From: an uncultured Verrucomicrobiota bacterium
GTDB lineage: Bacteria > Verrucomicrobiota > Verrucomicrobiia > Limisphaerales > SIBE01
DNA: 64,000 nt
NCBI GenBank assembly: GCA_964578605.1
Contig: CAZODO010000017.1
Location: 3,994 to 67,993, forward strand
Direction: 5' to 3'
The notes below the pieces were generated by a model. It saw only the letters and a program-made list of their open reading frames with translations. It ran no database searches and was not told the DNA's origin. The position numbers were made by a program, and so were the translations under genes. Numbering within the stretch: position 1 is the stretch's first letter; each line of letters opens with the position of its first letter. Shown one piece after another: positions 25,005 through 33,748 of this stretch.

Positions 25005-27257
25005 TCATTCAAACCCGAGCAGGCGTCCGCCCTGGAAGGTGAGGAAAGCCAGTGTCCAGGCCAGAACGCCCATGTAAGCCCACTGGAAGAGCGGCCAGCG
25101 CCACGAATTCGTTTCGCGCCGGACGACCGCGACGGTGCTGACGCACTGCAAGGCAAACACGTAGAAGACCATCAAGGTCAGGGCCAGCAAAGGCGTGTAG
25201 AGAAACGTCCCATCCGGGCGCCTTTGGTCGCGCAAGGTTTGGGCCAGGCTGCGGGTGTCATCGGAGTCGGCGGAATCTCCAACGTTGTACACCGTGGACA
25301 TCGTGCTCACGAAGACTTCCCGGGCCGCGAAGGAAGCGACGATCCCGATGCAGATCTTCCAATCGAAGCCTAACGGAGCGAACGCGGGCTCGATCAGACG
25401 TCCAAGCCGGCCGGCGAAGCTCTGGCGCAACCTGGCCCCTTGCTCTTGCTGTTCCGACTCGGCCAGCGCGGCCTCCATCTGCGTCGCTGAACCCGGTTCC
25501 AGGGCAGGAGCGGCGGCCTCGATCGATTGCCGCTTGAGGGCGAACTCGCGCTCGACGGCTTCGCTCTGTGGATAGGTGGCAAGGAACCAGAGCAGGATGC
25601 TGATCCCGAGGATGACCGTCCCGGCGCGGCGAAGGAAGATCTTGGAGCGGTCCCACATATGGTGGATAACGACTTTCAACACGGGCTTCTTGTAAGGAGG
25701 CAGCTCCATGATGAGCAGGGGGGTCTCGCTCTTGAGGAGTGTCTTCTTGAACAACCAGGCCATCAATAACGCCGCCACGATGCCCAAGAGATACATGCCG
25801 AGCATCGTCAGCCCCTGAAGCCTGACAAAGCCAAAGACCGGCAGGTTCGGAATGCATGCCCCAATCAGCAGGGTATAGACCGGCAGGCGCGCCGAGCAGC
25901 TCATCAGCGGCGCGACGAGGATGGTGACGAGCCGGTCCTTGGGGCTTTCGATGGTTCGGGTGGCCATAATGCCCGGGATCGCGCACGCGAAGGAGCTCAG
26001 CATGGGAATGAAACTCTTTCCGTGCAGACCCACCTTGCTCATGAGACGGTCCATCAGAAAGGCCGCTCTCGCCATATAGCCGGTGTCTTCAAGGAGCCCA
26101 ATAAACAGAAAGAGCAAAAGAATCTGGGGCAAGAACACCACCACAGCGCCGACGCCGGCGACGACGCCGTTCACCAACAAACTGTTGAGAGCGCCCGGAC
26201 CCAAAAGACTGCCCACGACCCCGCCCACCCAGTCCACCCCCGACTGAATGGCGTCCATAGGAAGGCGCGCCAAGCTGAAGATGCTCTGGAACATCAGGCC
26301 CATGACCGCGACAAAGATGAGCATTCCCCAGACTTTGTGGGTCAGAATCCGGTCGAGCTTGTCGCTGATCGTTTCCTGATACTCGAACCGTTCCTGAACC
26401 GCTTCCCGGTAGATCGCCGCGATGCGTCCGTACCGCGACTCGATCGCCCCGGTGCGCCAGTCTTCGCCGGCGGATTCGAGACGGGCTCTCGCGTCGGTAA
26501 CGGCACGCTGCACGGCGGCGGGGTAAAGGCTCGCGCCTTTTGCCAGGACGCGTTCATCGCTGAGCAGGAGCAAGGACTCCGCCAACCGGACCGGGGGAAT
26601 CTTTGAACCGGGCTCCAGGAGCGCGGCCAAGCGCTTGACCTCTTCGGAAAAGGTCTCCGAGAGATTGCCGAAGAACTTTGCCGCCGCCGTTATCGGAGCC
26701 TGGCCGGTGCTATGGTGAAGGATGGCCTGCCGGAGGGCTGCGACCCCTTCGCCCGTGCTCGCCACCATCGGGAAGACAGGCACGCCCAGAGCCGCGGCGA
26801 GTTTCTGCGGATCGATCTCGTGTCCGTTTTGCGTCGCCACATCGAGCATGTTCAAGGCGATCAGGGCAGGGTAGCCGAGTTCGATGACCTGGGTGGCGTA
26901 ATAGAGGTTCCGCTCGAGGTTGGACGCATCGGCCACGATCACCACCAGGCTTGGGGACGGGAGCTCAGGAAGCCTGTGGAAAAGCGCGTCCCGGGCGATC
27001 TGCTCGTCCAGGGATTGCGGGCTGAGGCTGTAGGTCCCCGGGAGATCCAGGATGGTCACCGGCCTTTCGCGCGGGCTTCCCTGCAACCGGCCTTCTTTGC
27101 GTTCGACAGTGACCCCAGCGTAATTCCCCACCTTGGCCCGGAGCCCCGTGAGGTGGTTGAACAGGGTGGTCTTGCCGCAATTAGGGTTGCCCGTGAGAAC
27201 GACAAATGCGGTGGCCGGTTCGACGCCCCGGGGAGCTTGCTCTGCGGCGGCCAGCAT
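25005..27257 (-). CDS. feoB: Ferrous iron transporter B
   Basis: GNPNCGKTT, NYAGVTVE, DLPG, NMLD GTPase motifs plus gate TM domains. Confidence 0.96.
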   Translation of the reverse strand: MLAAAEQAPRGVEPATAFVVLTGNPNCGKTTLFNHLTGLRAKVGNYAGVTVERKEGRLQGSPRERPVTILDLPGTYSLSPQSLDEQIARDALFHRLPELPSPSLVVIVADASNLERNLYYATQVIELGYPALIALNMLDVATQNGHEIDPQKLAAALGVPVFPMVASTGEGVAALRQAILHHSTGQAPITAAAKFFGNLSETFSEEVKRLAALLEPGSKIPPVRLAESLLLLSDERVLAKGASLYPAAVQRAVTDARARLESAGEDWRTGAIESRYGRIAAIYREAVQERFEYQETISDKLDRILTHKVWGMLIFVAVMGLMFQSIFSLARLPMDAIQSGVDWVGGVVGSLLGPGALNSLLVNGVVAGVGAVVVFLPQILLLFLFIGLLEDTGYMARAAFLMDRLMSKVGLHGKSFIPMLSSFACAIPGIMATRTIESPKDRLVTILVAPLMSCSARLPVYTLLIGACIPNLPVFGFVRLQGLTMLGMYLLGIVAALLMAWLFKKTLLKSETPLLIMELPPYKKPVLKVVIHHMWDRSKIFLRRAGTVILGISILLWFLATYPQSEAVEREFALKRQSIEAAAPALEPGSATQMEAALAESEQQEQGARLRQSFAGRLGRLIEPAFAPLGFDWKICIGIVASFAAREVFVSTMSTVYNVGDSADSDDTRSLAQTLRDQRRPDGTFLYTPLLALTLMVFYVFALQCVSTVAVVRRETNSWRWPLFQWAYMGVLAWTLAFLTFQGGRLLGFE

Positions 27258-27271
27258 CGAGTACCTCCAAC

Positions 27272-27523
27272 TCAGTCGACGGGTGCACAGCGCACCCAGA
27301 TCTGCTCGGCTTCGTGCTTGCGCAAGGTCAGGTGATATCCGCGCACTTTGATCTCTACGGGATCGCCCAGAGGCGCGAAGCGGATCAGTTCAACGGGGGT
27401 GCCAATCAGCAGCCCCATTTCCATGAGACGCGCACGCTTGTCCGCGGGGACCTTGAACTCAGCAACCGTTGCCGCCTGCCCCAGGGCCAGCGAACTCAGA
27501 GGCTGCATGGCCGGTGGGGTCAT
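27272..27523 (-). CDS. feoA: FeoA protein
   Basis: RLMEMGLLIGT..APLGDPVEIKVRGYHLTLRK; start inferred from the ATGA overlap at 27523. Confidence 0.9.
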   Translation of the reverse strand: MTPPAMQPLSSLALGQAATVAEFKVPADKRARLMEMGLLIGTPVELIRFAPLGDPVEIKVRGYHLTLRKHEAEQIWVRCAPVD

Positions 27524-27813
27524 GAGGCCTTCGCCGGCACCGGTTCCACCATGATCGAATCCGCCAATTGAGAACTGATTCCGAGCCGGACATTGCAAAT
27601 CTGGCAAATCACATTCGATTGCTGGCTGAGCAGGCGGATCTGTTGGTCTTCGCAGAACCCGAGCTCGCGCAGCCGATGGCTCACTTCCGGCGGAGCGGCA
27701 AGACGCTTGATGCGAACTGCCATACCCGCGCGGATTTTGCTAAGAGGGCATACTTCCGGATTGGGACAGCCAACGAAGGCGGTCGGAGTTGGAAGCATCG
27801 GTCGGCTGCTCAT
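27520..27813 (-). CDS. feoA: Second FeoA-family protein
   Basis: PLSKIRAG...HRLRELGF...RLGIS...IMVEP. Confidence 0.8.
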   Translation of the reverse strand: MSSRPMLPTPTAFVGCPNPEVCPLSKIRAGMAVRIKRLAAPPEVSHRLRELGFCEDQQIRLLSQQSNVICQICNVRLGISSQLADSIMVEPVPAKAS

Positions 27814-27946
27814 GGTGCCGGAACGTAGGGTAATCAGGCCGGGGTTGCAAGAGCCAAACTGATCCGAGCATGACCTGCGTCAAATTACTTGACAGGGCAG
27901 ATTGAACCGCTACCAAGGGTAGGTACCGACCACACCGCACTCCTCG

Positions 27947-28780
27947 ATGACTATGAATCCGAAAGAAAACCAACTCACCAAACTCAGACTGGGCCAAGGC
28001 TTCACGCTGATCGAACTCCTCGTCGTGATTGCCATCATCGCCATCCTTGCCGGAATGCTCCTTCCCGCGCTGTCCAAAGCCAAATCCAAGACGAAGGGCA
28101 TCACGTGCATGAACAACACCCGCCAATTGATGCTGGGCTGGCGGCTTTATGCCGAAGATTACGACGACGTCCTCCTGGCCTCGCTAAGCATGAGCCCTAA
28201 TCCTTACAACCGAGTCATTTGGGTGACGGGCAGCCTGGATTACACCTCGGCCCGGAGCAATTGGGACATCAACCAGGACGTGGCCAAGAGCCCTCTCATG
28301 CCCTACATCGGCAACAACTTCTCCATTTGGAAATGCCCCTCTGACATGGGCTTGGTCAAAGACAACCAAGGCCGGAAGGTGCCCCGGGTCCGCAGCAATT
28401 CGATGAGCCAGGTCTTTGACAATGGCGGCTGGCTGCCGGCCTCCAGTTGGCGGATCTACGAGAAGATGAGCCATATCGTCATCCCGAGCAAGACCTGGGT
28501 CCTGATCGATGAGCATCCGGATAGCATTAACGACGCGGCTTGCGCCGTGCAAATGGTCAAACCCGACGCCAAAACAGCGCAAATCATCGACTTTCCTGCC
28601 AGCTACCATAACGGCGCGGCCGGGATGGCCTTCGCTGACGGACATTCGGAAATCCACAAGTGGCTGGGCACCAAGATTAAGGCGCCTGTGAAGTACACCC
28701 TGATGTCTCTGAACGTGCCTGCGGGCGATTCCCTGCGGGACATCATTTGGTGGTCAGAGAACACGACGGTCGCCAAATAG
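27947..28780 (+). CDS. Prepilin-type N-terminal methylation domain protein (PVC-type pseudopilin)
   Basis: [22 protein letters not shown]-terminal [13 protein letters not shown]. Confidence 0.92.
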   Translation: MTMNPKENQLTKLRLGQGFTLIELLVVIAIIAILAGMLLPALSKAKSKTKGITCMNNTRQLMLGWRLYAEDYDDVLLASLSMSPNPYNRVIWVTGSLDYTSARSNWDINQDVAKSPLMPYIGNNFSIWKCPSDMGLVKDNQGRKVPRVRSNSMSQVFDNGGWLPASSWRIYEKMSHIVIPSKTWVLIDEHPDSINDAACAVQMVKPDAKTAQIIDFPASYHNGAAGMAFADGHSEIHKWLGTKIKAPVKYTLMSLNVPAGDSLRDIIWWSENTTVAK

Positions 28781-28842
28781 CTCGCCAAACCAGTCTTGCA
28801 AGTGCTTGCGGTCCGGTTATGTTGTGCGTCCGCACAGCAAGT

Positions 28843-29565
28843 ATGCCTTATCGTATTTTGGACCGCGAAGAAGCGGCCCGTTATCTGAACCTGGATCCTT
28901 GCGAGTTGGAGGACCTGATTGCCGGACGGGATATTCCCTTCGAGATCCGAGGGGACCGGACGGTTTTTCGGCGCCAGGACTTGGATGACTGGGCGTCGCA
29001 ACGCATTCTCAAGTTCAATGTCAAGCACCTCGCCGCCTATCATTCCCGGGGCGCGAACAGGGGCGAGGGTCATGCTCCCGACGAACCTTTGATGCCCGAA
29101 CTGGTGAGATTGCCCCAGGTCCACGCCGCGTTGAAATCGAAGACGAAAGCTTCGGTCATCCGGGACATGGTGCGGTTGGCGGCGCGCACGGACTGGATTT
29201 GCGATCCCGCGGATCTTATCGAAAGCCTCGAAGCCCGGGAGAGCCTGTGCCCGACGGCTCTTCCCGGAGGCGTGGCTTTTCTGCATCCGAGGACGCGCCA
29301 GCCTTATCAGTTCGAGGCTTCGTTTCTGGCTCTTGGCAGGACGATTCAACCCATTCACTTTTCCGCCCCGGACGGCCAGCCCACGGACCTGTTCTTCCTG
29401 CTTTGCGTGGAAAACGACCGCCTGCACCTGCGAACCTTGGCCCGCCTGTGTTACCTGGCGCAAAAAACGGATCTGCTCGTGGATCTGCGCGAGGCGCCGG
29501 ATGCCGCGGCAATGTTCGAGGCCCTTCTCGCTTCCGAGCGGCTGGTGATCGAGGCCAAGAGTTAG
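28843..29565 (+). CDS. HTH-fused PTS EIIA (PtsN-like) protein
   Basis: N-terminal EAARYLNL HTH; REsLCPTALPGGVAFLHPR EIIA motif; start at ATG 28843. Confidence 0.85.
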   Translation: MPYRILDREEAARYLNLDPCELEDLIAGRDIPFEIRGDRTVFRRQDLDDWASQRILKFNVKHLAAYHSRGANRGEGHAPDEPLMPELVRLPQVHAALKSKTKASVIRDMVRLAARTDWICDPADLIESLEARESLCPTALPGGVAFLHPRTRQPYQFEASFLALGRTIQPIHFSAPDGQPTDLFFLLCVENDRLHLRTLARLCYLAQKTDLLVDLREAPDAAAMFEALLASERLVIEAKS

Positions 29566-30386
29566 GCGAAGAAAGGATTGTTCGCCTTTTCCGTCTCGAC
29601 TGTGGTGAGCGGGCCGTGCCCCGGACAGATAAGCGTTGCCGGGGGCAGCGAGAAGATCTGATCGCGAATCTTCTGTTTTGCGAGATCGGCATGCTCTCGC
29701 GGCCCGCCAATGGAGCCTGCGAAGATGGCATCGCCAACCACCGCGACGTTCGGCGCGTCGTCGGGCCAGTTTCCAATCACGTAAGTGACGCCATCGTCAG
29801 CGTGGCCCGGGGTATCCCGGTGGGTGATCCGAAGGCTTCCCAGATGAATGAAGTCATTCGGGCGATTCCGTTGATCGGGGGGCGCGCCCTTGATGCTGGA
29901 GTGGAGTTTGGCTTTCGGGAACCGGTCACGGAACACCGCGAGGGCGGCCATGTGGTCGTGATGCGAGTGGGTGATGAAAAGGTGCTTAAGCTGCAGAGCT
30001 TCGCGGTCGATCCACTCGAGAACCGGTTCCGCGCTGAACCCGGTGTCAAACAGGGCCGCTTCCTTGGTCACCTCGTCCCAGCACAAGTAGCAATTGACGT
30101 CCATGCCTGAACCCCGGGTGGTCACGACCCTTAGTTCACGCCACGCACCAAGATCAATGGCCGGCGGCAACCAACCGCTCGCAACCCGCCTCAGCTTGGG
30201 TCCGTCCAAGCCGAGCAATTTGGCCAGCGCCTCGTAATCCGGGCTGCCTGCAGCTCGCCCTGAATCCTCCAGTTGCGCGAAATCCCGCATCTCAAGGCCC
30301 GCTGCGCGCGCGGCAACTTCCGGTGAGATGTTGGCTGACTGGCGCGCCTTTCGAATGATGTCGCCTACGGAATCTTCGAGCGTCAT
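29562..30386 (-). CDS. XRE-HTH-fused MBL-fold hydrolase (glyoxalase II-like)
   Basis: N-terminal HTH; THSHHDH, TPGH, GDAIF, PGHGP. Confidence 0.85.
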   Translation of the reverse strand: MTLEDSVGDIIRKARQSANISPEVAARAAGLEMRDFAQLEDSGRAAGSPDYEALAKLLGLDGPKLRRVASGWLPPAIDLGAWRELRVVTTRGSGMDVNCYLCWDEVTKEAALFDTGFSAEPVLEWIDREALQLKHLFITHSHHDHMAALAVFRDRFPKAKLHSSIKGAPPDQRNRPNDFIHLGSLRITHRDTPGHADDGVTYVIGNWPDDAPNVAVVGDAIFAGSIGGPREHADLAKQKIRDQIFSLPPATLICPGHGPLTTVETEKANNPFFA

Positions 30387-30577
30387 GGCTCAAGGCTAAA
30401 GGGCGGCCGCCGCTCACGCAACCCGGACTTGGGCGCGGAGCAGCCATTCTCGTTTCAGGCAGGGCGACTCGCTCCGTCGCGCGCCGTGGCTAACTTCCGC
30501 CTGACCGTGATTGTCTCCGCACAGAATTCTTTCCGCCCAGTCTGCAGAATGTTTGAGAGAAAGAGAAAGCAAGAGCA

Positions 30578-30605
30578 TTGACGAAGAAGTGAACTCTGCT
30601 AATCT
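30578..30605 (+). promoter_or_regulatory. Promoter of the aroF leader
   Basis: TTGACG-N16-TAATCT with extended -10 TG. Confidence 0.6.
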
Positions 30606-30613
30606 GAGCGGGC

Positions 30614-30700
30614 ATGACAAACCGCAGCCAGCGCTTTAGCAACTGGTTTGGCTGGGCGTTCTACTTTAGCCCGCTGAACCTGCGCGTCGGGCTGCATTAA
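30614..30700 (+). CDS. Attenuator leader peptide (28 aa, Phe/Trp/Tyr-rich)
   Basis: MTNRSQRFSNWFGWAFYFSPLNLRVGLH: 4 Phe, 2 Trp and 1 Tyr within 11 codons. Confidence 0.85.
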   Translation: MTNRSQRFSNWFGWAFYFSPLNLRVGLH

Positions 30701-30717
30701 GCGCAAACTTTAACCCG

Positions 30718-30751
30718 AGCCGCAGGTCGTCACCCCTGCGGCTTTTTATTT
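30718..30751 (+). terminator. Attenuator terminator hairpin
   Basis: AGCCGCAGG-loop-CCTGCGGCT followed by TTTTATTT. Confidence 0.88.
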
Positions 30752-30782
30752 GCCCAGCTGTGGCGCCCCGCCCAAAAAACCT

Positions 30783-31796
30783 ATGATAGTCGTCTTACGA
30801 CCCGAGATTACCAAGAAAGAAGAAAGCGCCGTCCTGAGCGAGATCCGCAAACTGGGATACAAACCCCACATCATCCGGGGCGTTGAGCGCACGGTGATCG
30901 GCGCCATCGGCGACGAGCGCACGCATCACACGCTCGAGACGCTTGCCGTATGGCCCCAGGTGGAAAAGGTCATGCCCGTGCAGAAGCGGTACAAGCTCGT
31001 CAGCCGCGAGGGCCAAAGAGAGAATTCGATTGTCGATGCCCGTGGCGTAGCGATCGGAGGCAAGAAATTCCAGGTCATGGCAGGCCCATGTTCCGTGGAA
31101 AACGAGCATCAACTCATGACGACCGCTGAGGCGGTCCGGAAAGCGGGGGCGACCGTTCTCCGCGGGGGCGCCTTCAAACCCCGCACGTCGCCTTACGAAT
31201 TCCAGGGGTTGGGCCCGCGCGGATTGAAATTGCTGGCCAAAGCGCGGCGCGCCACCGGTTTGGCCGTGATTACGGAGCTTCTCTCCGAAGATCACGCAGA
31301 GTTGGTGGCCGAATACGCGGACATCCTCCAAATTGGTGCGCGCAACGCCCAGAATTTCCAACTGCTCATCGCCGCCGCCAAGACGGGCAAGCCGGTTCTG
31401 CTCAAACGCGGCCTGTCGATGAAGATCGACGAATGGCTGCTGGCCGGTGAGTACGTCATGGCCAATGGCAATCCCAACTTGCTCTTCTGCGAACGGGGCA
31501 TCCGCACATTTGAAACCTACACCCGTAACACGCTGGATCTGAGCACGATCCCGATCATCAAGAACGAGTCCCACCTCCCAATCGTCATCGATCCAAGCCA
31601 GGGATGCGGCCGCGCGGATCTCGTGCTCGCGATGTGCAAAGGCGCCGTCGCGATAGGTGCGGACGCGCTGCTCATCGAGGTGCACCCGGATCCGTCGACG
31701 GCCATGAGCGACGGGGCCCAGCAGCTCAACCTCCAAGGCTTCGAACGGCTCATGGAAGAACTCAAGCCATTCATCGCCGCCGCCGGGCGGGAGTGA
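30783..31796 (+). CDS. aroF: DAHP synthase (type I-beta with N-terminal regulatory domain)
   Basis: AGPCSVE, GGAFKPRTSPY, GARN, ERGIRTFE, DPS, IEVHPDP. Confidence 0.95.
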   Translation: MIVVLRPEITKKEESAVLSEIRKLGYKPHIIRGVERTVIGAIGDERTHHTLETLAVWPQVEKVMPVQKRYKLVSREGQRENSIVDARGVAIGGKKFQVMAGPCSVENEHQLMTTAEAVRKAGATVLRGGAFKPRTSPYEFQGLGPRGLKLLAKARRATGLAVITELLSEDHAELVAEYADILQIGARNAQNFQLLIAAAKTGKPVLLKRGLSMKIDEWLLAGEYVMANGNPNLLFCERGIRTFETYTRNTLDLSTIPIIKNESHLPIVIDPSQGCGRADLVLAMCKGAVAIGADALLIEVHPDPSTAMSDGAQQLNLQGFERLMEELKPFIAAAGRE

Positions 31797-32056
31797 AGCG
31801 CTTCGAAGCGAACCAAAGCCAGCAAGGATTGAACAAGGCCATAAAGCCGTTCGCAAACCGGCGCTCCGCCCGAGGGACAACAAGAGTCAAGTGCATCACC
31901 CAAATTGAGAGGGGCTGAAGCCAAGGCGCCGGTCGCAGGGGAGTCTGCGTCATCCGGTCAGGCTGCCGGGTCGGTAAAGACTTGGGGACAGGTTCGGGTC
32001 GATAGCCATACACCCTATTTGTTACAATTTCATGCCTTATTCATGATATATTCCTC

Positions 32057-32094
32057 AGTATAGCACGAGTATAGCACGACTAAAGCACCAGTAT
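32057..32094 (+). repeat. Tandem 11-bp repeats
   Basis: AGTATAGCACG x2, ACTAAAGCACC, partial AGTAT, in an AT-rich intergenic patch. Confidence 0.75.
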
Positions 32095-32298
32095 GTCATT
32101 AGCGGACGCAAAGTGTTGGCGGACAAGGTTTTGGGCAGGTGCGGTCCCCGAACCCGCCCGCCTGATCTCAGGCTGGCAAACAAACCCGTTCCAGCCGACA
32201 ATCAGGTCCGATGCGGGTCAGCGAGCGTCAATTTAAGGTGTGTTTCCGGCACCAGGTGCTCTTTACGCGCGGAGTGTTCGATCCGGGGAACCCCTTGC

Positions 32299-33696
32299 AT
32301 GAAGCGCACCGCTGTCATTGATGTTGTTGGGCTCGCTCAATCGTTGATAGGCGATGCGACGCCCCGGATCAGAGCGCTTGCGGCGGGGGGCGCGATGGCC
32401 ACGATTCGCCCCGCCTTCCCCGCGGTGACCTGCACGGCGCAGTCGAATTACCTGACGGGACGTTTGCCGAGCGAGCACGGGATTGTCGGGAACGGCTGGT
32501 ACAATCGTTCTCTGGCCGAGGTTCAGTTCTGGAAACAATCGAACCACCTCGTCCAGGGCCGCAAGCTCTGGGAGGACCTGCGCGACAAGAACCCGGGCTT
32601 CACGTGCGCCAAGATCTTCTGGTGGTACAATATGTATTCCACCGCGGACTACTCCATCACGCCCCGGCCGCTTTACCCGGCGGACGGGCGCAAGGTTTTC
32701 GACGTCTACACCTGGCCGTTCTCCATCCGCAACGAGATCAAAGCCAACCTGGGCGCGTTTCCGTTTCCGGCCTTTTGGGGACCGGCGGCGGGTGTGCGGT
32801 CAGCGCAGTTCGCCCCGGATGCCGTTTCGCAATGGATTGCCCGTGCCGCCATGTGGTTCGAGCGGAAATACAAGCCGGCACTTTCGCTGGTTTACCTGCC
32901 TCACCTTGATTACAGCCTGCAACGGCTTGGGCCACGACACCCATCCATCCCGGAGGATCTAAAGCGGATCGACGACGTTGTCGGGAGCCTGATCACCTTT
33001 TACCAGGACCATTCCGTGCAAGTGGTGCTGCTGTCCGAATATGCCATCGGTCCGGTCGACACTCCGGTGCATCTGAACCGGCTTTTCAGGGAGCGCGGCT
33101 GGATCGCGATCAAGGACGAGCTCGGGCTGGAAATGCTCGATTGCGGTGCGAGCAAGGTGTTCGCGGTTGCCGATCACCAGGTGGCGCACGTTTACTTGAA
33201 CGATCGCTCGCTCGAACCGGCCGTGCGCGACCTGCTTGCCGCAACGCCCGGCGTCGAACGCGTCCTCGGCCCAGCGGATCGGGCCGCTTTCGGGATTGAC
33301 CACGAACGCGCTGGCGACCTGATTGCCATCGCCAGCGAAAACGCCTGGTTCACTTATTACTACTGGAAAGACGACCGCATGGCGCCGGACTTCGCTCGAA
33401 CCGTTGATATCCATCGGAAGCCCGGATATGACCCGGTCGAACTCTTCCTGGACCCTGCGCAGCGGTGGATGAAGGCGAAGATCGCGTTGAAGCTGCTGAA
33501 GAAGAAACTCGGCTTCCGCATGCTCATGGACGTGATACCCCTCGAGGCCCGCCTTGTGAAAGGCTCGCACGGGCGCATTCCAAGCGATCCAGCGCAGTTC
33601 CCGGTGTTGATTGCCGAAAAACCGTCGGTTCTAAAGAAGGACACCCTGGACTCGACGGAAGTCTGCGGCGTTCTTCGGGACGCCCTAATCAGCTGA
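32299..33696 (+). CDS. Alkaline phosphatase / nucleotide pyrophosphatase family protein (EboF-like)
   Basis: VIDVVGL, FPAVTCTAQS, YLPHLDYSLQR, SEY, DHQVAHVY, HRKPGYDPVELF, KGSHG. Confidence 0.85.
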   Translation: MKRTAVIDVVGLAQSLIGDATPRIRALAAGGAMATIRPAFPAVTCTAQSNYLTGRLPSEHGIVGNGWYNRSLAEVQFWKQSNHLVQGRKLWEDLRDKNPGFTCAKIFWWYNMYSTADYSITPRPLYPADGRKVFDVYTWPFSIRNEIKANLGAFPFPAFWGPAAGVRSAQFAPDAVSQWIARAAMWFERKYKPALSLVYLPHLDYSLQRLGPRHPSIPEDLKRIDDVVGSLITFYQDHSVQVVLLSEYAIGPVDTPVHLNRLFRERGWIAIKDELGLEMLDCGASKVFAVADHQVAHVYLNDRSLEPAVRDLLAATPGVERVLGPADRAAFGIDHERAGDLIAIASENAWFTYYYWKDDRMAPDFARTVDIHRKPGYDPVELFLDPAQRWMKAKIALKLLKKKLGFRMLMDVIPLEARLVKGSHGRIPSDPAQFPVLIAEKPSVLKKDTLDSTEVCGVLRDALIS

Positions 33697-33748
33697 CGGA
33701 GGCGTTCCGTGGTCCTTTCCGCCACGCAGGCAACGGCCTCCGAACGCG

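Noticed and set aside
27560-27585. AATTGAGAACTGATT as a Fur-like box for feoAB
   Set aside because: Weak match and inside the feoA coding sequence.
31797-32026. Possible IS or gene remnant after aroF, including a TGTAAC hexamer at 32021-32026
   Set aside because: No recognisable transposase motif or terminal repeats in any frame; the hexamer lacks the CCTCAYT partner at the right spacing.
32057-32094. CRISPR interpretation of the tandem repeats (also 48586-48629)
   Set aside because: 11-bp units with no spacers and no cas genes.
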